From Kistimonas asteriae (GTDB taxonomy: Bacteria; Pseudomonadota; Gammaproteobacteria; Pseudomonadales; Endozoicomonadaceae), in NCBI RefSeq assembly GCF_018263925.1, contig NZ_JAEVHF010000011.1:66119-98118 (forward strand): a DNA stretch of 32,000 nt. The letters are read 5' to 3'. Below the pieces are notes generated by a model. That model saw only the letters and a list, made by a program, of their open reading frames with translations. It had not been told where the DNA came from and ran no database searches. A program made the translations under genes and the position numbers. Positions 1-7,944 of the stretch are shown piece after piece; within the stretch, counting starts at the first letter, position 1, and each line of letters opens with the position of its first letter.

Positions 1-1218
1 GGCAGAGATGTCTTCAGCGAGATCCAGGTGGATTTCCATGCCATTATGCCGAGCATCCACTTCCGCGAGTTTAACGACATCCTGCACCAGCCGGTTACAG
101 TCGACAACCTGAAGACAATGATCAGGCTTTTTCACAAAACTGCGAATACGGGCAATGATATCGCCGGCACGCCGTGCCTGAACGCCGATTTTTTCCAGCC
201 CGTCGCGCAAGGATTCCATATTGATAGGATCACGCTGCATCAGGCGCAGGCAGACCTGGGCATAATTATTGATCGCCGTCAGCGGCTGGTTCACTTCATG
301 GGCAAACCCGGACGCCATTTCCCCCATACTGCTCAAACGGGACATATGCATCAGCTTGTCCTTCTGCTCCTGCAATTCGTCCAGCGCGTTCTGCAGTGCA
401 TCCTGATGCCGCTTTTTCTCGGTAATATCCCGAAAAACAATCACCGCGCCATCCGCTTCGCCATCACGCATAAAAGGCGTACAGGAATAATCCACAGGGA
501 AGCTGGTTTCATCCCGCCGCCAGAACACATCATCCTCCACGGCCTGGATGATATTTTCTGTTAGCGTCGTATAAAGTGCCGTCTCTTCACGGGGACGGAT
601 GGCTCCGTCGGCACAACGGGGCATTAACAGGCCATGGGCGTCAGCGCCAATCAACTCTGCCGCTTCCCAGCCCGTGATCCGGCTGGCCGCCGGGTTGGCA
701 AAGGTAATCTTGCCGTGACCATTGATCCCGACAATCCCTTCCCGCATTGACTCAAGAATATGTTCATTCTCAGCCTCCAGCTGGCGGTTCCTGCGGGCCA
801 GCGCCTGCTCCAGACGATGAATCTTGAGGTGGGTCTCCACCCGGGCAATTACTTCCTCGGCCTGGAAGGGCTTGGCAATGTAATCCACCGCACCGGTTTC
901 CAGCCCACGGACCTTGTCACGGGTATCATCCAGGGCGGAAAGGAAAATGACTGTCACGCCCGAGGTCGCCGGATCATCCTTCAGGCGCTTGCAGACTTCA
1001 TAGCCGTCAATACCTGGCATCATGATATCCAGCAGCACCAGCGCGGGCCGGACCTTGTGGACAATTTTCAGGGCATTGTCGCCATTTTTGGCTATCAGCA
1101 ACTTGTAGCCGCGCCCACTGAGTGTCTGCAGCAGCACCTGCAGGTTGGTCGGATTGTCATCGACCAACAGAATTTTTTCTTCCTCGTGATCCGCCGCCAA
1201 TGGCGCTAACTGCCTCAT
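1..1218 (-). CDS. Response-regulator receiver / PAS / histidine-kinase fusion protein, partial (C-terminal part lies beyond the left window edge)
   Basis: Absent from the ORF track because it is open at the window edge. Hand translation of the reverse strand from ATG (complement of 1216-1218) gives MRQLAPLAADHEEEKILLVDDNPTNLQVLLQTL...LLDIMMPGIDGYEVCKRL...VDYIAKPF (REC), then ILESMREGIVGINGHGKITFANPAASRITGWEAAELIG (PAS), then SRLSSMGEMASGFAHEVNQPLTAI (HisKA H-box). Plus-strand ORFs 28..564 and 760..1209 are antisense shadows of it. Confidence 0.85.
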   Translation of the reverse strand, partial: MRQLAPLAADHEEEKILLVDDNPTNLQVLLQTLSGRGYKLLIAKNGDNALKIVHKVRPALVLLDIMMPGIDGYEVCKRLKDDPATSGVTVIFLSALDDTRDKVRGLETGAVDYIAKPFQAEEVIARVETHLKIHRLEQALARRNRQLEAENEHILESMREGIVGINGHGKITFANPAASRITGWEAAELIGADAHGLLMPRCADGAIRPREETALYTTLTENIIQAVEDDVFWRRDETSFPVDYSCTPFMRDGEADGAVIVFRDITEKKRHQDALQNALDELQEQKDKLMHMSRLSSMGEMASGFAHEVNQPLTAINNYAQVCLRLMQRDPINMESLRDGLEKIGVQARRAGDIIARIRSFVKKPDHCLQVVDCNRLVQDVVKLAEVDARHNGMEIHLDLAEDISA

Positions 1219-1312
1219 ACCACCACTCTTACTGCTGTCATGTCGAAACCGTGCACCATACGCCGGTTCATCACCAACGCCAACCTTGGCCCGTATTTTT
1301 CGTTGCCAGTGG

Positions 1313-4300
1313 TCAGGCTACATCCTGGGCCTGCCGTCGGAGACTCATCAACAGCGTTTCCAGCTGTCCTACCGCAAAGCTGTCGCACAATGTGTCCAGC
1401 CGCTCCCCCCAGGCTTCAATACCAGGCATCGCAGCGTAATGATGCGCCAGCCCACGGATCGCTTCGATATCCCCCATTTCCATCGCATTTTCCAGAGAGT
1501 TGGCAAAATCTGTCGCAATATCGGGCGTCAGTATCGGGAGATCAGGCAGGGCTGATGACGATTCACAGTCACTGCAATACTGTAGGCCCAGATGCTTCTG
1601 CAAGGTGTCAAAAATCTCATCGGCACGGAACGGTTTACCCACAAAGTCTGTAAACCCATGCAGGTGTACCTTTTCACGCAACTCACTGTAAACACTGGCC
1701 GTGACAGCAATGATAGCCGGGGCATGTGTGCCTTCAAGGCTTCGAATGGCATTGGCGGCGTCGAAGCCATCCATGACGGGCATGCGTAAATCCATCAAGA
1801 TGGCATCAAATGCCTCCTGCTGCGCGCAATCCAGTGCAACCTGCCCGTTTTCTGCCTGCCGGACAGTAAAACCAGAACTCTGCAACAACGTCACCAGAAT
1901 ATCCCGGTTAACGGCATTATCATCCACCACCAGCACTTTCACCTGCTGCCCCGGCGCTAGCACTTTACGACAGTGACCATCATCCGATGGAGAGCCTGAC
2001 GCCAACACCTGCACTTCGTCATTGCAGCGAATCAGCGGCAAATCAAAATGAAAACAGCTGCCTGTCCCCAGAATGCTTTCCACACGAATCTGCCCACCCA
2101 TGATTTCGACCAGGCGACGACTGATCGCCAATCCAAGCCCTGTCCCGCCCGCCTGGCGTCCGCCTTCGGTCTGGCGGAAAGGCTCAAAGATAAGCTCAAG
2201 GCTGTCTTTATCGATACCGATACCGGTGTCTTCCACCCGGAAACACAGCCGATCGTCCTGATTGTCACCATGGCACTCCAGAGATACTGACAACAACACC
2301 TGGCCAGATCGGGTGTATTTGATGGCATTGCCTGCCAAATTGATCAACACCTGTCGCAGGCGCGTACTGTCGAGCCAGATCATACGGGGCAGCGCTGTCT
2401 CCAGACTGTCCGGATCAAACTCAACATGATTGATTCTCTGGCCGCCAAGATTCAGCTTGAACTGAATGCCTTTGTTCTGTGCCCGCTGAAACAGCATCTG
2501 GTGCACTGACAATACCAGCCGGTACAAATCCACTGGCTCCGTAATCACTTCAAGGCCGCCTGCCTCAATTTTGGCAAGATCCAGGATGTCGTTAATCAAG
2601 GTCAACAGGTGCTGGCCACAGTCTTCAATCGCCACCAGGCTGCGGCGATGCTGTGGACTCAACTGTTTATCCCGCAACATAACCTGCGTATAACCCAGTA
2701 CCCCATTAAGCGGTGTGCGCAACTCATGACTCATGTTAGACAGGAACAGACTCTTGGCATGACTGGCCGCTTCAGCAGCATCCCGGGCGCGGCGAAGATC
2801 CTCCTGCGCCTTTTTGTCACTGGTGCGATCCCGGGCAATGCCTTCTACGGCCTTAACCTTGCCGTCACTGCCAAAGGCAGGCACTTCAAGCACTTCCAGT
2901 ACACTGACCGCACCGTTGCCGCGGTAAATCTTGACTTCATAGCTGGGCCGGATCTGCCCATTGGCCACTCTCTGGGTGTTTTCCTGTACCCAGGTACGCT
3001 CATTGTCGTCGTACAGATAATCACGGGAATGTTTCATGAAGTCCGCCGGGCGATACCCCAGAATTCGCTGCACGGAATCCGTGACATAGATATAACTGCC
3101 GTCCGGATTCAACGAATAGAAGAAATATTCCTGCTGCAAACCTTCCACCAAACGGCGGAACCGCGCCTCACTCAATCGCAACGCAGCCTCAGCCTGCTTG
3201 CGATCCGTGATATCCCGCACTGACACCGAAAAGAGCGTACCTTCCCAGGTTTCCAGTGGACTGAGTGTATACTCGACGGGGAACTCTTCGCCCGAAGCCC
3301 GTCGGCAAGCGCCTTCACGCCCCCGGTTGATTTTCAGCGTTGCACGCTGCTCCAGCGGCGTTGTCAGCAATGGAAAGATGCCGGACTGATCATGATCCGG
3401 GAAAAGACAAGCGACAGACTGACCGATCAGATCATCCCGCTCCTGTTCAAACAGGGTTTCGGCCCGCTCATTGACGATAAGAATCTGACCCTCAATATCC
3501 GTGATGACCATGGCATCCGGCGCAGACTCCAGCAGCCCGCGGAATTTTTCCGTATCGCTCACCCGCGCAGTGATGTCATGAGCCAAACCTTCAATACCGC
3601 TGATGCTGCCATCCGGCTCAAACATCGGCACCTTGAAAACTTCGATATAACGCCTGCGACCTTGGCTATCGAACATCTCCACTTCATAACCATTGGCCTG
3701 ACCTGTCGTCAGTACCTGGTCTGTAATAGTCAATGAGGTGCGGTTTGATTTCTTTCTGGTCTGATGCGTAGTGAAATGCTGGCAATACTCTTCCACCGTG
3801 AAACCCAACACATCCGTCACCGAAGGACTGGCTGATGTGATATTGCCGTCCCGATCATGGCTGAAATAGAAATAGCGCCCTTTCAGGCCCTGCACAATGC
3901 TGTCAATGGCGAAGTTCTTGGACGCACGCAACGCCTCTTCACGCAGCGCCAGTTGCCCCGTCATTTCTGAAAAATAGCGGGCAAGGCTACCGGTTTCATC
4001 CCGGTTGGGAATATGCACACTGGCATTCAAATCACCGGATGCCACTCGGCGTACCGCACGCTCAAGTTGGCGGATGGGACGAGAAATACGCCCTGAGATA
4101 AACCAGACACAACCAAAAATCAAAACCAGCGAGATGAGTAGAATCACCGCCTGGGTTACGGCATGTGCACGTAAATCAGCCAGAGCCCGGGAACGCGGTA
4201 CCGACGCAGCCAGCATCCACCCCGCCGAGCGTACCGGTGCATAAAACAGCCAGTGATCCTCATCCCCCATTTTAAGGCGGATCTTGCCAGACTGACTGCC

Positions 4301-5056
4301 GGTCATGATATTCGCAAACTTCAGGTAATCCGGATGATTCAGACGCTTTGCGGTATCAAAAACGCTTTCTCCCCGCGCAATGGCATAGGGGGCGTAGATA
4401 TAGGAACCATCATTGGCAACCACCATGAAATCCATCTCAGATGACGATTTCCAGGACGATACATCATTCAACTGGTTTAGATTGACATCCAGTGCCACCA
4501 TACCTCGAAGCTGTCCATCCCGATAAATGGGTTCCAGGAATGTTGAGATCTGTTGTGGATGATTAGGATGCTGCTCAGGTGGGCACCACTGCCGCCGCAG
4601 GTACGATTTATCGTTCAGCCACGCATCAATCCGGCTCCGAAAATCTGTATCGCTGCCCCGATCCCGAAACAGGACTGAGCCACTGTTTCGCCAGGCCGTT
4701 GGCGCAAACAGCGGCTGATCAGGCCCTCTCATGTCCGGCAGGAATATCAGACTGGCGCTGACCAGCATGGGATTATCCGACACGCTGTTTGCCACAAGAC
4801 GATACAGATGTGCATCATCCAGTCGGGGGCTGATCTCAATAAACCCGGCAATAGAACGGGCAACCTGAGAGGATTCCATCAAGAAGTTGTCAAATTGACC
4901 GGCGTATCGCCACGCCGTTTCTGCCATCCGGTTCTCAAGCGCCTGCGACGAACGTTGAACGGATTGATACAGGTTTATTCCGAACAGCAGGTTATAGATG
5001 ACGGTGACAGGCACCACCGTAAAAAGTATGATTTTCTGCCGTATCGTGGAGGTCAC
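1313..5056 (-). CDS. Hybrid sensor histidine kinase: TM, Cache-like periplasmic domain, TM, HAMP, three PAS, HisKA, HATPase, REC, C-terminal Hpt-like tail
   Basis: 1247-aa ORF with a GTG start. Two hydrophobic segments (IILFTVVPVTVIYNLLF and AVILLISLVLIFGCVWFISG) flank a ~270-aa region. Also present: a HAMP-like RPIRQLERAVRRVASGDLN, PAS-like blocks (e.g. LLESAPDAMVITDIEGQILIVNERAETLF), H-box SHELRTPLNGVLGY, N/G boxes LINLAGNAIKYT and GGTGLGLAISRRLVEIMGG, and a REC (VLVVDDNAVNRDIL...ILMDLRMPVMDG...GKPF). Confidence 0.9.
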   Translation of the reverse strand: MTSTIRQKIILFTVVPVTVIYNLLFGINLYQSVQRSSQALENRMAETAWRYAGQFDNFLMESSQVARSIAGFIEISPRLDDAHLYRLVANSVSDNPMLVSASLIFLPDMRGPDQPLFAPTAWRNSGSVLFRDRGSDTDFRSRIDAWLNDKSYLRRQWCPPEQHPNHPQQISTFLEPIYRDGQLRGMVALDVNLNQLNDVSSWKSSSEMDFMVVANDGSYIYAPYAIARGESVFDTAKRLNHPDYLKFANIMTGSQSGKIRLKMGDEDHWLFYAPVRSAGWMLAASVPRSRALADLRAHAVTQAVILLISLVLIFGCVWFISGRISRPIRQLERAVRRVASGDLNASVHIPNRDETGSLARYFSEMTGQLALREEALRASKNFAIDSIVQGLKGRYFYFSHDRDGNITSASPSVTDVLGFTVEEYCQHFTTHQTRKKSNRTSLTITDQVLTTGQANGYEVEMFDSQGRRRYIEVFKVPMFEPDGSISGIEGLAHDITARVSDTEKFRGLLESAPDAMVITDIEGQILIVNERAETLFEQERDDLIGQSVACLFPDHDQSGIFPLLTTPLEQRATLKINRGREGACRRASGEEFPVEYTLSPLETWEGTLFSVSVRDITDRKQAEAALRLSEARFRRLVEGLQQEYFFYSLNPDGSYIYVTDSVQRILGYRPADFMKHSRDYLYDDNERTWVQENTQRVANGQIRPSYEVKIYRGNGAVSVLEVLEVPAFGSDGKVKAVEGIARDRTSDKKAQEDLRRARDAAEAASHAKSLFLSNMSHELRTPLNGVLGYTQVMLRDKQLSPQHRRSLVAIEDCGQHLLTLINDILDLAKIEAGGLEVITEPVDLYRLVLSVHQMLFQRAQNKGIQFKLNLGGQRINHVEFDPDSLETALPRMIWLDSTRLRQVLINLAGNAIKYTRSGQVLLSVSLECHGDNQDDRLCFRVEDTGIGIDKDSLELIFEPFRQTEGGRQAGGTGLGLAISRRLVEIMGGQIRVESILGTGSCFHFDLPLIRCNDEVQVLASGSPSDDGHCRKVLAPGQQVKVLVVDDNAVNRDILVTLLQSSGFTVRQAENGQVALDCAQQEAFDAILMDLRMPVMDGFDAANAIRSLEGTHAPAIIAVTASVYSELREKVHLHGFTDFVGKPFRADEIFDTLQKHLGLQYCSDCESSSALPDLPILTPDIATDFANSLENAMEMGDIEAIRGLAHHYAAMPGIEAWGERLDTLCDSFAVGQLETLLMSLRRQAQDVA

Positions 5057-5250
5057 AGTTTACGTTCTTTGAGAAGGGGTTATCAGGTAAGACCCGCTAA
5101 GGTAACGTGACTCCGGCAAACGGCTGAATAAGTAATACTTCGTAGCCAACACACCCTTACCGTACCAATGACAGTTGTCGCACATAGTCAGCCTGTCACA
5201 ATACCGGTATCAGCCAGTGAATCAGCGCACCGTTTCCAGGAAATATACAG

Positions 5251-6132
5251 ATGAAGGTTCTTATCATAGGCGGTAATGGACAGATCGGTTATGAACTCCG
5301 GGCACTACTGAAGGGAGCCGGCATCCCTCACTACGCCCCGGGACGTGACCAGCTGGACCTGACCGTCCCACGCCAGATTGAGGAAGTGATTGCCGAATAC
5401 CGGCCGACGATTGTCGTCAATACCGCTGGCCACCGGAACCCGGCACGGGCAGAAACCGAACCCTCACGCTGCTTTGCCCTGAACCGTGACGCTCCTGCCG
5501 CACTGGCCAAAGTCTGCGACCAATACAAATCCGTTCTGATTCATATTTCATCCTGGCGGGTTTTTGATGGCATGAAGCAGGAGGTGTATACCATCAAGGA
5601 TATCCCCAATCCTTCCGGCGTACTGGGCGGCAGCTTCTGGCAGGGCGAACAACAGATCCGGGAACACTGCTCACGCCATGTCATTCTTCGCCTGTCATGG
5701 GTCATCAGCCCCCAGGGACGCAACCGCCTGACAGGCATTCTCAACAGCCTGACCCAGGGTGAACCCGTCCTCGCTTCCGCCAACAGCCGGGGACGTCCGA
5801 CGCCGGCCGATGATGTTGGCCGGGTGATCTTGGCTATCATGCGACAAATCGATTGTGATGCGCAGGTCTGGGGAACCTATCACTACAATGCGGCGGAAAC
5901 CGTTGATGAGGAGTCTCTGGCAGAAGTCATACTGGCAGAAGCGTCGCAGTACCGTGATTTCTCCCCCAACACGACAGAGCCGTTTCCGGAATCAAGCAAC
6001 AACGGTAAAACCGTTAACGCCTGCCTCGACACAACCCATTTGCGCAATACCTTTGGTATTCACAGTAAATCCTGGCGCAGTGGTGTCGCACGACTCGTGA
6101 GGGATATTTACGTCACGGGCAAGGAGGAGTGA
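5251..6132 (+). CDS. RmlD-like (dTDP-4-dehydrorhamnose reductase family) NAD(P)-binding protein; catalytic YxxxK apparently absent
   Basis: 293 aa with an N-terminal Rossmann motif MKVLIIGGNGQIGYEL. It is collinear with remembered enterobacterial RmlD (RPxxVVNxAxH, ...RxSWV...). The region that aligns to PLNVYGKTK reads PSGVLGGSF. Confidence 0.65.
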   Translation: MKVLIIGGNGQIGYELRALLKGAGIPHYAPGRDQLDLTVPRQIEEVIAEYRPTIVVNTAGHRNPARAETEPSRCFALNRDAPAALAKVCDQYKSVLIHISSWRVFDGMKQEVYTIKDIPNPSGVLGGSFWQGEQQIREHCSRHVILRLSWVISPQGRNRLTGILNSLTQGEPVLASANSRGRPTPADDVGRVILAIMRQIDCDAQVWGTYHYNAAETVDEESLAEVILAEASQYRDFSPNTTEPFPESSNNGKTVNACLDTTHLRNTFGIHSKSWRSGVARLVRDIYVTGKEE

Positions 6133-6160
6133 CGTTTAAAGCAGAGAAAATTTATACCCA

Positions 6161-6190
6161 AGAAACAAAAGTGCAGGCAAACGCCTGCAC
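6161..6190 (-). terminator. Rho-independent terminator of ompW (may also stop the convergent RmlD-like gene)
   Basis: Stem GTGCAGGC (6171-6178), loop AAAC, stem GCCTGCAC (6183-6190). On the minus strand the stem is followed by TTTTGTTTCT. Confidence 0.65.
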
Positions 6191-6212
6191 TTAATCGAAC
6201 ACTAGAAATTTT

Positions 6213-6920
6213 TTAGAACTTGTAGGCAATGCCAACCATGTAAACCATGGGATCCAGCTCTACATCAACCTTGTACTTATTACCGGCTGTATCCTTAAAC
6301 TTCGCTTCAGTATCGATATCGACATACCAAACAGCAGCATTCACGCTCCAGTTATCATCGATTCGATAGTCGGCTCCCAGTTGCGCTGCGAGACCCCAAG
6401 AATCTTTCAACTCCAATCCACTGTATGTTGCTTTGTGCTGACTCTTAAATTCTTCATCAAAGAACGTAGTGTAATTCAAGCCAAGTCCAACATATGGTTG
6501 AAAAGCCGAAGAGCTCTCCATTGGATAGTATTGAAGGGTCAGAGTAGGCGGCAAGTGCTTAACATCAGCCAACTTACCCAGTGCGGGACCCAAGCCACCT
6601 TTGGTTTTAATAGTATGCTGGAAAGGCGTTGCAGCAAGTAATTCAATACCAAACTTGTCATCCAACATATAGGTCATTGAAAGACCAAGTTGTGTATCAG
6701 AATCGACATCAACGGTCGTTGTTGCACCATTAGTAATATTTGCTACGCCATTGACCTTCAACGCGCCACTATCAACATCCGGATCAACAGTCGCAGCACC
6801 GGCACGGACAATCACATCACCGGCCTGGTAAGCCATGACAGGACCAGACAACGCAGCAACGACAGCCATTACCGCAGCAGCAACAGGCAATTTTTTCACA
6901 GAAGACCCCTCCAGTTTCAT
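6213..6920 (-). CDS. ompW: Outer membrane protein OmpW
   Basis: 235 aa with a signal peptide ending PVMA. Collinear with E. coli OmpW: VRAGAATVDP, LGLSMTYM, ELLAATPF(Q/R)H, HLPPTL, (F)QPYVGLGLNYTTFFD, LKDSWG(L/A)A, terminal aromatic (AYKF). AGGGGG lies 6 nt upstream of the ATG. Confidence 0.92.
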   Translation of the reverse strand: MKLEGSSVKKLPVAAAVMAVVAALSGPVMAYQAGDVIVRAGAATVDPDVDSGALKVNGVANITNGATTTVDVDSDTQLGLSMTYMLDDKFGIELLAATPFQHTIKTKGGLGPALGKLADVKHLPPTLTLQYYPMESSSAFQPYVGLGLNYTTFFDEEFKSQHKATYSGLELKDSWGLAAQLGADYRIDDNWSVNAAVWYVDIDTEAKFKDTAGNKYKVDVELDPMVYMVGIAYKF

Positions 6921-7161
6921 AGAAACCCCCTAACAATTCCTTGTGATTTGTTGTTCATCTGCCGGCCCCTTCAACTATGAAGGGCCGACACGATACTTAT
7001 TGTCTACTTATGGTAATCCGTACAAACCGAGGGTCTTTTGATCTGGCTCAACAAATCATCCCTTTCACGCCAGTGAATAGTCTTCTTGCACCAGCTATCT
7101 GCGGAGCAGCATAATAGACAAGCACTAGCCTATAACGCATTCATCAGAACAAACAATAACA

Positions 7162-7944
7162 ATGCAAGCTATTGTCAGAATCTCTATCGCCATTGTCTTA
7201 CTGGCTTCATCTCTGCAGGCAAAGGTCATCGCTGCCGATGCTGCCACGCTGGACGATGCCATCAGCCTGCAGAAAGATACCCAGCAGCGCTCAGCCCATT
7301 CTCAGCAGGCGATCAACCGTCTGGATGATGATACCCGGCGCATGCTGGCAGAGTACCAGTCGCTTCAGGACGCCATTGATACCCTCCACCAGGAAAATCG
7401 TCACCTGGACAATCAACGTCGAAAAATTGCCCAAAAGCGCGCCTCGCTGGAAGCTGACATCCAAAAAACGACACAGCTGCTGGCTACGCTGCCATCCCTG
7501 AACCAACAGATTCATGAAATTTATGGCCATTTTATTGCCCTGGATCTCCCCTATCAGGGCAATCGCCGTGAACAGGAACATCGGTTTCTGGGTGAACTGT
7601 TGAACGACGCTGACCAGACACCGGTGGAAAACTATCTCGCACTTGTCCGTCAACTACGGGAAACAGCTGAACAGGGACTCCATATTCAACACTGGACCGG
7701 CAAACTGTCCGATAAGCGACAGGTCACCTTCTTCCGACTCGGTCACATTGCCCTGTATTACCTGACGCCTGATGGCGAGGAAGGCGGCATCTGGGATCGA
7801 ACCACAGAAACCTGGTCCACCCTGCCCATGGAAGACCGGCACAAACTGTCACGCGCTATCCGGGTAGCGGCCAAGCACGAGCCGGAAGGCTGGCTTGTCC
7901 TTCCGCTACCGACCCATCGTTCGCTACCGGAGGGTGATGCATGA
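7162..7944 (+). CDS. ttpB: DUF3450-family periplasmic coiled-coil protein, first gene of a TonB2-type cluster (TtpB-like)
   Basis: 260 aa with signal peptide MQAIVRISIAIVLLASSLQA and a long Q/L/R-rich helical region. C-terminal FFRLGHIALYYLTPDGEEGGIWD is typical of DUF3450. Its position and 4-nt overlap with the next gene match the Vibrio ttpB-ttpC-exbB2-exbD2-tonB2-ttpD layout. Confidence 0.75.
   Translation: MQAIVRISIAIVLLASSLQAKVIAADAATLDDAISLQKDTQQRSAHSQQAINRLDDDTRRMLAEYQSLQDAIDTLHQENRHLDNQRRKIAQKRASLEADIQKTTQLLATLPSLNQQIHEIYGHFIALDLPYQGNRREQEHRFLGELLNDADQTPVENYLALVRQLRETAEQGLHIQHWTGKLSDKRQVTFFRLGHIALYYLTPDGEEGGIWDRTTETWSTLPMEDRHKLSRAIRVAAKHEPEGWLVLPLPTHRSLPEGDA

Noticed and set aside
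28-1209. Plus-strand ORFs 28..564 (178 aa) and 760..1209 (149 aa), and minus-strand ORF 651..848
   Set aside because: They overlap the hand-translated minus-strand REC-PAS-HisKA gene (1..1218), which has textbook domain motifs. The plus-strand ORFs are its antisense shadows, and 651..848 lies in another minus-strand reading frame. Their translations are low-complexity, with no recognisable motif.
1122-4761. Many 60-200-aa ORFs inside or antisense to the hybrid kinase gene (for example 1240..1653, 2609..3223, 3392..3736, 4005..4244)
   Set aside because: All are nested in the 1247-aa kinase ORF, which has continuous domain homology. They are typical shadow ORFs of a moderately GC-rich gene.
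7081-7161. Possible Fur box upstream of the TonB2-type cluster (CATAATAGACAAGC and AACAATAACAATG)
   Set aside because: The best hand alignments to GATAATGATAATCATTATC match only about half the positions, which is not distinguishable from generic AT-rich promoter DNA without a matrix scan.
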